43,071 bases of DNA, from the NCBI GenBank assembly GCA_036786505.1, contig DAIQRF010000001.1, positions 1 through 43,071 of the forward strand. The letters run 5' to 3'. The translations under genes were made by a program, and so were the position numbers. The DNA comes from Casimicrobiaceae bacterium (lineage in GTDB: Bacteria; Pseudomonadota; Gammaproteobacteria; Burkholderiales; Casimicrobiaceae). The notes under the pieces were generated by a model, which made no database searches, had not been told where the DNA came from, and worked only from the letters and a program-made list of their open reading frames with translations. How positions within the stretch are numbered: the stretch's first letter is position 1; each line of letters opens with the position of its first letter. Positions 22,005-31,519 of the stretch are shown one piece after another.

Positions 22005-24359
22005 ATGCCAGACCTCGATCCCCAGTCCGAAGCCGAAAAAGACATCCCGCGTTTCATCCGCCGCTGCTGGGAGGAGTACCAGAACGCGACGGTCGACAAC
22101 CGCAAAAACTCCGTCGCGTCACTCAAGATGTGGGTGGGCGGCGAGCTGCAGTGGCGCCCCGGCGAGATCGAAGAGCGTACCGGCAATAACCGGCCGTGGA
22201 TGACGATCAACTGCCTGAAAACGGCCGTCGACCAGGTCGAAAATGAAGCGCGCTCTAACCCGCCCGGCCCGCAGGCCCACCCGGTGGGCGGTCAGGCCGA
22301 CAAGGACGGCGCCGACATTCTAGAAGGCCTGATCCGCGAGTATGAATATCGCTCGAACGCGCCCGTCGCCTACACCACGGCCATCCGGTATGCCGGCGCC
22401 GGCAACTTCGGCGTCTTCGAACTCGGGACCGAATACGAAAACGAACGCTCGATGGCGCAGCGCATGGTCGTCAAGGAAGTGGAAGATCCGGCGATGGTCT
22501 TCTGCGACCCGACCGCGCGCCGCGGCTGCCGCGAGGACGCGATGTGGGCAGGCAAGCTCCGCGTGCTCGGCCGCGAGCAGATGATCCAGGACTATGGCGC
22601 GAAACTGAAAGTGCTGAACCGCGGCTTGCTCGACCGCGGCAACGGATGGATGCAGGACGCGTTCGGATGGCGCGGCGATCAGGCCACGGTCAACGAGTGG
22701 ACCGGCGGCGCGTCGAACCGCGGCCCTTACTACGTCTGCGAATTCTATCGCGTGAAGGTCCAGCGCGAGGAGCTGACCCTCTTCTCCGACAACATCCTGC
22801 GGTTTAAAAGCGAGAGCGTGCCGGCCGGCGTCACGCCCAAGGCAGATGACGACGGCAAGAAGATCTCGCGCAGTGAGCCGCGGCGCACAGTGACGAAATA
22901 TGTCGTGACCGCACTCGACACGCTATCGGAAACCGCCTGGCCTGGCACCATCCCGCCCTTCTTTTGGGTGATGGGACCGGAAATCTACATTAACGGGAAG
23001 CTCCACCGCCTCTCGCTGATCGACGGCGCCGCGGACTCGCAGCGCGGCCTGAACTACGCAGCCGCGTCGGCCGCCGAAGCGGTCGGCTCGATGACCAGGT
23101 CGCCCTGGATAGGATGGCTCGGGCAATTCAACACCACCAACGCGCAAGGCTTTAATCCGTGGGATACGGCGAACACACGGACGACCGCCTATCTCGAACT
23201 GAAGCCGACGTTTGCGATCAACCCGACGACCAAGGCCGCCGAGCTGCTGCCCGCGCCCCAGCGCAACACCTGGGAAGCGCCCATCCAGCGCGTGCTGGAG
23301 CTGGCCACATTCTTCAGAGAGCAAATCAAAAGTTCCACCTCGGTGTTTTTTGATCCGAGCGTGCAGAGCGCGCGCGATGCGCAAAGCGGGGAAGCCATCA
23401 AGGCCCTGCAATCGCAGACCAACGTCGGCACGGTCAACTGGCAAGATCAGCTCCACCGCGCCGTCGCGCTCTCCTATCAGCAGGCCGCGATTATTCTGCC
23501 GCAGATCATGGACGGCCCGCGCGTCAGAACCATCGTGCGCGCCGACTCCAAACACGAGCAGGTCGCAATCAATCAGGAATTCCCCGGCGATGCGCAGCGC
23601 GGCATTCCGGCCGGCATGGATCCCGCGAGCGGCAAGAAAAACGACAAAGGCGTGCTCGAATACAAAAAGGGCAAGACCAACTCGATCTTGGGCCAGTATT
23701 CGCTGCGCGTGACGGCCGCGCCCAAGGACGAACAGACCCGCAACGACGACGCGATCGACAAGATGACCGAGGTGTTCCACGTCGCGCCGCAGATACTAGC
23801 CGCGCCCGGCGTCGGCGCCCAATTCCTGCGCATCATCGGCCAGGGCAACCCGCAGATCGAGCAGATGGCCGACTCGCTCGAAGGCGGCGACCCCGGAAGC
23901 CCCGAGCAGATGCAGCAGAAAAACCAGCAGCTCACCCAGCAAAACCAGCAGTTGTTGACTGTGGCCCAAAAGCTACACCAGATCATCCAATCCAAGCAGC
24001 CCGAAATCGACGCGAAGAAATATATCGCCGAGCTGCAGAGCCTGACCACGCTGAGAGCCGCCGAAATCAAGGGCGGCATCGATCGCGCGCAGATCGACGA
24101 GGACCAGCTCGAACACCTGACCGGCCTCGCCCACGAAACGGCCATACAGGCCGTCGACCATCAACACGAGGCGCGGCAACTAGCGAGCGGCCAGGCGGCC
24201 GACGCGGCCGCGCAATCCAGCAGCCAGGCGGCCGACGCCAGCGCGCAGGGCAGCGACCAGGCAGCCGCCGCGGCGTCCCAGGACTCTGCCCAGCAACACG
24301 CCACCGACAGCCAGGCGAGCGACCAGGCCGCGGCAGCGGCACAGCCAGAGGGAGACTGA
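22005..24359 (+). CDS. Portal protein, P22-like large type with a Q/A/S/D-rich C-terminal tail (784 aa)
   Basis: Size, position between terL and scaffold/coat, and N-terminal region resembling P22-type portals from memory. Confidence 0.88.
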   Translation: MPDLDPQSEAEKDIPRFIRRCWEEYQNATVDNRKNSVASLKMWVGGELQWRPGEIEERTGNNRPWMTINCLKTAVDQVENEARSNPPGPQAHPVGGQADKDGADILEGLIREYEYRSNAPVAYTTAIRYAGAGNFGVFELGTEYENERSMAQRMVVKEVEDPAMVFCDPTARRGCREDAMWAGKLRVLGREQMIQDYGAKLKVLNRGLLDRGNGWMQDAFGWRGDQATVNEWTGGASNRGPYYVCEFYRVKVQREELTLFSDNILRFKSESVPAGVTPKADDDGKKISRSEPRRTVTKYVVTALDTLSETAWPGTIPPFFWVMGPEIYINGKLHRLSLIDGAADSQRGLNYAAASAAEAVGSMTRSPWIGWLGQFNTTNAQGFNPWDTANTRTTAYLELKPTFAINPTTKAAELLPAPQRNTWEAPIQRVLELATFFREQIKSSTSVFFDPSVQSARDAQSGEAIKALQSQTNVGTVNWQDQLHRAVALSYQQAAIILPQIMDGPRVRTIVRADSKHEQVAINQEFPGDAQRGIPAGMDPASGKKNDKGVLEYKKGKTNSILGQYSLRVTAAPKDEQTRNDDAIDKMTEVFHVAPQILAAPGVGAQFLRIIGQGNPQIEQMADSLEGGDPGSPEQMQQKNQQLTQQNQQLLTVAQKLHQIIQSKQPEIDAKKYIAELQSLTTLRAAEIKGGIDRAQIDEDQLEHLTGLAHETAIQAVDHQHEARQLASGQAADAAAQSSSQAADASAQGSDQAAAAASQDSAQQHATDSQASDQAAAAAQPEGD

Positions 24360-24382
24360 TATGGACACTGATCCGACCAGGG

Positions 24383-24397
24383 TGGCGACTACAGAGG
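24383..24397 (+). promoter_or_regulatory. TGGCGACTACAGAGG motif copy, 3 nt before the scaffold ATG
   Basis: 15-mer identical to 13211..13225. Confidence 0.45.
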
Positions 24398-24400
24398 TGC

Positions 24401-25348
24401 ATGGCAGAAACCCTGGTGGCCTCCACCGTCAAACCGGTATTTGACTCGGCCGCCTATATCACCGAGCAAAACGAAAAAGAGACAGCCCGGCGCACCGGAG
24501 TCCCTTATGTCCCGAAAGTAGCGGCCCCAGCCGCAGCCGCAGAACCGGCCAAGCCCAACCGGCAGGACCGCCGCGCGCTGAATAACGCGCAGCAAGCCCT
24601 GGGCGCCGAGAAGGCCAGGCGTGAAATCGCCGAAGCCGAGCTGGCGAAACTGAAGGGCGGCGCAGCCCCGGCCGCCGCTGCCGCCGCGGCAGTGGTCGAC
24701 GAAGATCCGGAGCCCCGGCGCCAGGCGTTTACCACCGACGTCGAGTATACCCGCGCCGTTAGTGCGTGGGACCGGCGCAAGGAAGCCAAGGATGGCCTCG
24801 CCACCGCAGCCGAGACAACGGCCAACCAGACCGCGCTGCAGGCACTGCAAGCCGAGATCGTCGCCGCCGACACGAAAGCTGTCGAGGACCAAAAGTTAAT
24901 CCTGGATTGGGACGCCGTGAAAACGGCGGCTTCGGAATCCGACGAACAGCCGGAATTTACCCCGGCCGAGCATCCGTACCTGATGCGCATGATCGCGACC
25001 TCGGACGTGAAAGCCTTCGTGCTTCACCACCTGGCCGTGCATCCCGAGGAAATGGAAAAGCTGCTGGATTCAACCAGCGACCTCGTGGCGCAGACGAATT
25101 TATTCCGGCGCCTGGAAGGGCGCGTGGAGAAACTGCACAGTGCTGCGGCGGCAACAACCCCTGCCGCTAAAAAGGCGGCTGAAACCGAAGCCGAGCGCGA
25201 CGCGAAAAAGGCGAAGCCAAGCGAAGCAGACGCACCGAAGGGCGGAAGCGCCCCGGCGGTAGAGATCTCGCCAACCTTGAGCGACGGAAGAACTATGAAC
25301 CCGGCGTGGAAAGAGCGCGAGAACGCCCGCGCCGCCGCCCGTCGTTAA
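24401..25348 (+). CDS. Scaffolding protein (315 aa)
   Basis: Ala/Glu/Lys-rich helical composition. Lies between portal and coat. Confidence 0.7.
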   Translation: MAETLVASTVKPVFDSAAYITEQNEKETARRTGVPYVPKVAAPAAAAEPAKPNRQDRRALNNAQQALGAEKARREIAEAELAKLKGGAAPAAAAAAAVVDEDPEPRRQAFTTDVEYTRAVSAWDRRKEAKDGLATAAETTANQTALQALQAEIVAADTKAVEDQKLILDWDAVKTAASESDEQPEFTPAEHPYLMRMIATSDVKAFVLHHLAVHPEEMEKLLDSTSDLVAQTNLFRRLEGRVEKLHSAAAATTPAAKKAAETEAERDAKKAKPSEADAPKGGSAPAVEISPTLSDGRTMNPAWKERENARAAARR

Positions 25349-25499
25349 CAAACGGGATAACGAGCAAACGAAAAACGGACCGCGCTTAGTCCAGGCCTGA
25401 AAAGGCTATATCAACGCGCAAGCACCTCGCAGATGGCCTCCCAAGGCCTGGGCGAACCAGCTACACCCGTTCGAAATCCCAAACTCTGGAGGGCCTCCC

Positions 25500-26723
25500 A
25501 TGGCCGGCAATTTTGAAGTAGTTCGCAAGGAAGTATCGGGCGAGATCCTGCGCATGCTCGGCAACAATGCCGTCTGCCCCCGCCTCATCAAGCGCGATTT
25601 CAACAAGTACTGGGATGAGAACCGCAAAATCGGTTCCAGCCTGGACATCCGGCGCCCGCTGCGCGTAATTGGCGCGGACGGTCAAGCGTTCCAGCCCGAA
25701 GGCCTCGTGCGCGTCACCGTGCCGATGACCATCAGCTACTGGAACCAGGAATCGTTTCTCTATAACGACACCGAAGAAGCGATGTTCCTCGACGAGGACA
25801 AGCGGCGCGCGTATTTGAAGCCGCACGTGTTGAACCTCGCCAACAAGGTCGACCGCTACATGCTGCAGTTCATGCAGTCGGTCACGCCGAACTTTGTCGG
25901 CACCCCCGGCGCCGTGCCCACCACGCTCGACACGTACAACAGCGCGCAGACCAAGCTGAACCAACTGCTCGCTATGGGCAGCGACCGCAGCCTGGTTTAT
26001 AACTCGGCCTTCAACCAGCAGATCGTGAAAGCTGGCCAAACGCTGTTTAATCCCGGGCAGATCATTGGCAAGCAGTACCTCGAAGGCAAGGTCGGGCGCT
26101 ACGCCGAATTCGATATCTTCATCGACGAGCAAGTCCCGTCGGGAACCGTCGGCACCTATGCCGGCGCCGGCCAGGTCAACGGCGCGAACCAGAGCGGCAC
26201 CTCGCTGATCACGAACAACTGGAACGCTGGCAGCGTCTCGCTGTCACAGGGCGCCTATTCCGATCGCATCACCATCGCCGGCGTCTTCGAGATCAACGGC
26301 CAGAGCCGTCTGACGCTGCCCGGCGTGTTGAAGCAATTCGCGGTCGTCGCTCCCATCGCGGACACCGCCGGCGCGGCGACGTTCACTCTTTTTCCGGCCT
26401 TGATACCGAGCGGCCCTTATCAGAACTGCTCAGGCTCACCGGCCACCGGCGCCGCGATCACCATCGCTGGCGCGACCGGCGCATCCTGCCAAACCGCCTT
26501 TGCGTTCCAGCAGGAAGCGTTCACCTGGGCTTCGATTCCTCTGCAGAACGTCGAGGAATACGGCGCCAAGTGCGAAACGATCACCGACCCGGAAACCGGC
26601 CTGTCGATTCGGATCATCTGGCAGTGGGATAGCCGGCTCGGCGAAGTGACCGTGCGTATGGACTTCGTGTGGGGCATGGCGCAGACCTACGCCGATTATG
26701 CCGCGGCCGTGATTTACGGCTGA
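25500..26723 (+). CDS. Major capsid (coat) protein, P22-like (407 aa)
   Basis: Position, size and GGAGGG RBS after a 150-nt gap. The N-terminus resembles P22-type coat proteins from memory. Confidence 0.88.
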   Translation: MAGNFEVVRKEVSGEILRMLGNNAVCPRLIKRDFNKYWDENRKIGSSLDIRRPLRVIGADGQAFQPEGLVRVTVPMTISYWNQESFLYNDTEEAMFLDEDKRRAYLKPHVLNLANKVDRYMLQFMQSVTPNFVGTPGAVPTTLDTYNSAQTKLNQLLAMGSDRSLVYNSAFNQQIVKAGQTLFNPGQIIGKQYLEGKVGRYAEFDIFIDEQVPSGTVGTYAGAGQVNGANQSGTSLITNNWNAGSVSLSQGAYSDRITIAGVFEINGQSRLTLPGVLKQFAVVAPIADTAGAATFTLFPALIPSGPYQNCSGSPATGAAITIAGATGASCQTAFAFQQEAFTWASIPLQNVEEYGAKCETITDPETGLSIRIIWQWDSRLGEVTVRMDFVWGMAQTYADYAAAVIYG

Positions 26724-26756
26724 CGCGAAGACGAAAACCGACAAGGACACATGACC

Positions 26757-27599
26757 ATGAAAACACTTCTGAAATTCTCGACCGCGCTGCTCTCCCTGGT
26801 AACAATGGGAGCAGCGCTCCTGTCGGCGCAGACCGTGACGCCGAACACCACGCTGTCGGCGGCGCAGTCCGCGACCGCCACCACCGTCTGCCTGACCGCG
26901 ACCACCGGCGTCGTGAACCAAACCGGCGTCTACGTCGATCAGGAATACGAGCTGGTGCAGATCCCGAACAACAGCACCGTAGCCGCAGGCCCCATTTGCG
27001 TCCCGGTCTCGCGAGCCAACCGCGGAGCTGCAAGCGGACCCGTGTCCCATAACAACGCTGCGGTCGTCTGGGTCGCGTACACCCCGGCGTCTTCGGCTGT
27101 TCCTGGCGTGAACGGCTTCGCCCTACGCACGACCTCGATCCCTTCAGGACCCTGCGTGCGCGCAAACGAAATTTACCTCCCCGCCATCTTTCCCTATGCC
27201 GGCATCATGCGCGACTGCAACCAGTCGGCCCTCGTCGCCGGCGGGATGTGGGTGAACTATAACGATGGCAACTCGCAAAAGAAAAGCGAGACGCCACAGG
27301 TAGCGTTGACCACCAATGGCGCCATTTTCGTGGGCACGGGCAACTATGTCATCACGAAGGCCGGCGTATTCGCCGGGACCTTGGCCGCGCCCACGGCAGG
27401 AATTCAGGACGGCACGATCATCGTGATCACCTCCGGCACCGCCAACGCGCACACGCTCACCGCAACGGGCTTGCTCGGCACTGGAACCGTCAGTGTGAAC
27501 GTGGCCACGTTCGCCGCCTCGCTCGGCTCGGGCTTGACCCTTCAGGCCTTCCAGGGCAAGTGGCTGGTCCTCGCAAGCGTCGGGATCTCTTTCTCCTAA
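26757..27599 (+). CDS. Signal-peptide-like protein downstream of coat (280 aa)
   Basis: MKTLLKFSTALLSLVTMGAALLSAQT. AAGGA lies 10 nt before ATG 26757 (alternative ATG at 26751). Confidence 0.8.
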   Translation: MKTLLKFSTALLSLVTMGAALLSAQTVTPNTTLSAAQSATATTVCLTATTGVVNQTGVYVDQEYELVQIPNNSTVAAGPICVPVSRANRGAASGPVSHNNAAVVWVAYTPASSAVPGVNGFALRTTSIPSGPCVRANEIYLPAIFPYAGIMRDCNQSALVAGGMWVNYNDGNSQKKSETPQVALTTNGAIFVGTGNYVITKAGVFAGTLAAPTAGIQDGTIIVITSGTANAHTLTATGLLGTGTVSVNVATFAASLGSGLTLQAFQGKWLVLASVGISFS

Positions 27600-27630
27600 A
27601 CCGAGTAACCAGAAAAAGGAAACCACAAAT

Positions 27631-28110
27631 ATGGGTGTTGAAGTATTGGGTGTCGCAAACGAAGGCAACGGCCACGGCGACACCATGGACGCTTTCCGCC
27701 AAGCGGAAATCAGCAACAGTAAGGTGCTTTTGAACCTGGCTGCCGGCCGCAAGAAAAACGCAGTGGCGCCGGTCTACAATCCCGACCATGCCGACAACGC
27801 CTGGCCCAAGATGATGTTTCACCCTGGCCTGGGCGAGCGAACGGTGGGAGTGAGCCTCGTCGGCGTCAAAGACGAGGACGACCGCGCCGCGATCGAGAAA
27901 TCCAACCTGAAAGCCGTCGCGCAAGCGAAGGCGGACGGTTACCGCGACGAGCCGTATCCGAAGGTACAGATCGCTCTGCTTGATCCAGCGGCCGAGAAAA
28001 AGGCCATGCAGGACAAGATCACCGATCAGGACGGCAAGCTGGTCGCTCTCGCCGAGATGGTCTCGAAGCTACTCGCCGGCCAGGCCGACGGGAAAAAAGC
28101 CAAAGCCTAA
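27631..28110 (+). CDS. Hypothetical virion-module protein (159 aa)
   Basis: ORF track. AAAGGAAA RBS. Confidence 0.8.
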   Translation: MGVEVLGVANEGNGHGDTMDAFRQAEISNSKVLLNLAAGRKKNAVAPVYNPDHADNAWPKMMFHPGLGERTVGVSLVGVKDEDDRAAIEKSNLKAVAQAKADGYRDEPYPKVQIALLDPAAEKKAMQDKITDQDGKLVALAEMVSKLLAGQADGKKAKA

Positions 28111-28141
28111 CTGAAGAAACTCAAACCCAACTGGAGGGCGC

Positions 28142-28879
28142 GTGCCGACAGGACAAGTGATCATTACGGGCGCGCTCACCACGCTGGGCATCAACCAGCA
28201 GGGCGGAACCCCCAACACTTCGGATTCAGCCGACGCGCTGGCCGAACTCAACAACCAGTGGGATGCGTGGGGAATCGATGAAGGCCTGATCTTTTCGGTC
28301 CTGCCCGTCACCGCAGCGCTCACCGCCAACGTTGCGTCTTACACCATCGGACCCGGCGCAACGATCAACAAGCCCCGTCCCACCCGCATCTATAAGGCGT
28401 TTTTCGTCGCAACCGTCGGAGCCGCTACGCTCCGCAAAGAGCTGCGCATTATCGAGGCGCTCGAATATTTTGCCCACGGCGACCTGGCAGCCGCCGCCTC
28501 GACCCCCGACGAATTGTATCCCGATTACAACGTCGACCCGGTAACAGGTTTCGCGAAACTGTATTTTCACCCGGTCTCTACCTGCCAAACCATCAGCACG
28601 CTGGAGCTGGATGCAGCGGTCCCCTTCACCGCCTGGACCCTTGGCGACAACACCATTCTGCCCGCCGGCTATCAGGACGCGATCAATTACGCGCTCGCCT
28701 TCCGCCTGATCCCGCGCTTCGGCGCGATCGTGCCCGACCAGGTGCAGAAGATGGTCATCGCAAACGGCATGAAAGCCGAGGAGCGGATCCGCGTGATGAA
28801 CGCGCTCAACCGCAAGCTGCCGCCGACGGCCGCCAAAGTACCCACCACCGAGCAGCCGCCGCAGCAGCAGGGAGCCTAA
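28142..28879 (+). CDS. Head-tail adaptor, P22 gp4-like (245 aa)
   Basis: GTG start with GGAGGG RBS. N-terminus IITGALTTLGI...SADALAELNNQWDAW matches the gp4-type pattern recalled from P22. Confidence 0.7.
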   Translation: MPTGQVIITGALTTLGINQQGGTPNTSDSADALAELNNQWDAWGIDEGLIFSVLPVTAALTANVASYTIGPGATINKPRPTRIYKAFFVATVGAATLRKELRIIEALEYFAHGDLAAAASTPDELYPDYNVDPVTGFAKLYFHPVSTCQTISTLELDAAVPFTAWTLGDNTILPAGYQDAINYALAFRLIPRFGAIVPDQVQKMVIANGMKAEERIRVMNALNRKLPPTAAKVPTTEQPPQQQGA

Positions 28880-29698
28880 GTGGCCCTCGCGAACGGCCAA
28901 GCCGTCATTATCCAGGCCCTCCGTAAACTCGGTCAGGTCCGCGCGGGCTACACTCCGCCGCCCGAGCTGCTGGCCGACGGGCTCAACGAATGGATCACGC
29001 TCTTTGATGAGTGGGCGACCGACCGCACGATGGGATTCTCGATCCCGACTTACGTGTACCCGGTCCTAGGCCCTGGCTCGCAGTCATCGGGCAACGGCTA
29101 CCTGCTAGGCCCGACCGCGACCACCGCGCTGGCGACGCCCACCACCAATGCTGGGGGAGCAAACGACTGGAATGGCCCGCGGCCGCCAATCATCGTGCGC
29201 GCCAACCTGAAATTTACCAGCGGCACCGGCCAGCCGGTTTATATTCACCTTCGGCCGATCAGCGCCGAGGAATGGGCAGGCCTTTCCATTCGCGTGATCA
29301 CGGCCATCAACGTCACGAACGTTTTCTATTGGGACCCGCAGTTTCCGAACGGCGTGTTCAACGTTTTTCCGCCGCTTTCGGGCAACGCCATCGAACTATT
29401 CTGCTCGCAGGCGCTGGCCGCGCCGGCGACTCTCGCGACCGCCTACAGCGCGCCCCCCGGCTACCTCGACGCGGTCATCAAGTCGCTTGCCGAGCGGCTG
29501 TGGTCGATGATCCCGTCGAGCGTGTGCCCGAACAAACGCTCACCTGAGTGGCTCGCGGGATCCGCTTACGAGGCCTGCCAGAAGATCCAGATGCTTAACC
29601 GACCCATCCCGATGCTGGCCTCCGACTTCCCCCGCGCCGGCGGCGGCCCTGGCGGCTTCTACGATTCGAACGTCACGAACACCGGTCTCCCAATCTAA
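28880..29698 (+). CDS. Second gp4-like adaptor paralogue (272 aa)
   Basis: GTG start. VIIQALRKLGQ...LLADGLNEWITLFDEW shows the same N-terminal pattern as the previous gene. Confidence 0.7.
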   Translation: MALANGQAVIIQALRKLGQVRAGYTPPPELLADGLNEWITLFDEWATDRTMGFSIPTYVYPVLGPGSQSSGNGYLLGPTATTALATPTTNAGGANDWNGPRPPIIVRANLKFTSGTGQPVYIHLRPISAEEWAGLSIRVITAINVTNVFYWDPQFPNGVFNVFPPLSGNAIELFCSQALAAPATLATAYSAPPGYLDAVIKSLAERLWSMIPSSVCPNKRSPEWLAGSAYEACQKIQMLNRPIPMLASDFPRAGGGPGGFYDSNVTNTGLPI

Positions 29699-31519
29699 AT
29701 GCCTTCCTTTGGATTCATCGAAGCTGGCTACACGGCCCGCGGCCTGGTCGCGGCGTGCCAGTCGTGGATGAACCTCTTCATCGAGAAGATCGACGTCCCC
29801 CACGGAGCCAACGACGACACCAAAGGCCAGCGGGTCGGTACCCATGGGTTCTGGGCGATGAATACGCCCGGCAAGCAGCTCCTTGTCGCGCTTCCCGACC
29901 AGCCGAACTCCTGCCTCGTGAACTCGAACGCGTTCTTTTATGCTCCCGGCGTCAATCTGTTTTTCGCGCTTTCGGGCACTACGCTCTATGCGATCCAGGC
30001 CACCTTCGCCGCCGGCGCCTGGACCGGAACCTACACCGCGATCGCCACCGCGATCCCGAACCAAACGATTGCCGGGACCGGCGGCCAGCTCTTTCCGGCG
30101 ACCATCATCGTCCTCAACCCGACGCTGCTATTTGTGGTTTCGGTGGGCAACGCCTACGTGGTCGGATACGGCCAGGCGCCGAGCGCATCCACCCTGGGCG
30201 ACCCAGGCGTGCTCTACGCCGTGGGCGATACCGGTTATGCCCCGATCAACGGCATCCCGGCGACGTATGTGATCACCGGCGTGGATGCAACGACCGGCGC
30301 CGTCACCAGCTACACCCTCACCGGCGGCACCGGATACTCGGTCGCGAATTACTCGACCACCACCGCGGGCGCGCAGCCCGGCACCGGCTCCGGCTTCACG
30401 ATTAACGTCACAAGCCTCGCCGCGGCCGCGTGGCTATCGCAGCAGCAGAATATCCCCTTTGGATCGACCAATTACATCAGCAGCGCGGCGTGGCAGGACG
30501 GCTATGTGATCGTCTCGGTGGCTCCGAACGATCCGGATCCGCTGCGGCGGCAGTTCTTTATTTCAGGCCTGTATGCGCCGACCCAGTGGGATCCGCTCGA
30601 TTTTGACACCAAGGAAGGACACCCCGACGCGGTCGTGGCGGTCTTTTCATCGAACCAGGTTCTCGGCATTTTCGGCTCGCAGACGAGCGAGATCTGGTAT
30701 GACGCCGGCAACGTGCTGTCGGCGTTCTCGCGGCTGCCAGGCGGCGGCGTGATCCAATTCGGCCTGGCGCAGCCGCGCGCCATTACCGAGATCGCCGGCA
30801 CCGCGGCGTGGCTCGACTCGAACGCGCGCGGCCAATATATCTGCCGCATGATGATCGGCTCGACGCCAACGCGCATCTCCAACTTCGCGCTGGAGAACCA
30901 CTGGTCAAAATTCGACACGGCCGGCATGTCGATGTCGAGCTATATCGAGGGCGGCCACGAATTTCTGTGCGTCCACTTTCCGATCCCCGACGAAACCTGG
31001 GTCTATGACCATACCGTCGGTCCGGAGCTGGGATGGCACCAGCGCAGCTATTGGGACGGCGCCGCCTTTCACGCGGACCTCGGCCGCTATCATGCGTTCT
31101 TCCCCGAAATCGGGCACGCCGTCGCCGACTACCGCAACGGCAACATCTACCTGCAGTCGCTCGAATTCCTGCAGGACAACTGCTCAAATATCCGGCGAAT
31201 CCGCGTGGCGCCGCACATCACGATCGAGAAGCGCCGCAACGTTTACGACCGCGTGAAGCTGCACGCGCTGACCGGCCGCGTGCCGGCAACGGGACCGGGC
31301 TCGGATCCGGTGTGCATGCTTTCCGTTTCACACGACGGCGGCCAGAACTACGGATCGCCGCTCACGGTCCGCATGGGCAAGATCGGCGAAACGACGGCCA
31401 TCATCGAGTGGTTCCACCTGGGCTATGGCCGCGACACCGTCTTTAAGTGGGAGTGCGACGAGCCCATCGACATCTGCCTGGTCGATATGTACTGCGATTT
31501 CCGGCCGGGTTATAACTGA
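29699..31519 (+). CDS. Tail hub, P22 gp10-like (606 aa)
   Basis: Blocks resembling P22 gp10 from memory (VLGIFGSQTSEIWYDAG; HEFLCVHFP...WVYD; HDGGQNYG...). Lies after the adaptors. Confidence 0.72.
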   Translation: MPSFGFIEAGYTARGLVAACQSWMNLFIEKIDVPHGANDDTKGQRVGTHGFWAMNTPGKQLLVALPDQPNSCLVNSNAFFYAPGVNLFFALSGTTLYAIQATFAAGAWTGTYTAIATAIPNQTIAGTGGQLFPATIIVLNPTLLFVVSVGNAYVVGYGQAPSASTLGDPGVLYAVGDTGYAPINGIPATYVITGVDATTGAVTSYTLTGGTGYSVANYSTTTAGAQPGTGSGFTINVTSLAAAAWLSQQQNIPFGSTNYISSAAWQDGYVIVSVAPNDPDPLRRQFFISGLYAPTQWDPLDFDTKEGHPDAVVAVFSSNQVLGIFGSQTSEIWYDAGNVLSAFSRLPGGGVIQFGLAQPRAITEIAGTAAWLDSNARGQYICRMMIGSTPTRISNFALENHWSKFDTAGMSMSSYIEGGHEFLCVHFPIPDETWVYDHTVGPELGWHQRSYWDGAAFHADLGRYHAFFPEIGHAVADYRNGNIYLQSLEFLQDNCSNIRRIRVAPHITIEKRRNVYDRVKLHALTGRVPATGPGSDPVCMLSVSHDGGQNYGSPLTVRMGKIGETTAIIEWFHLGYGRDTVFKWECDEPIDICLVDMYCDFRPGYN

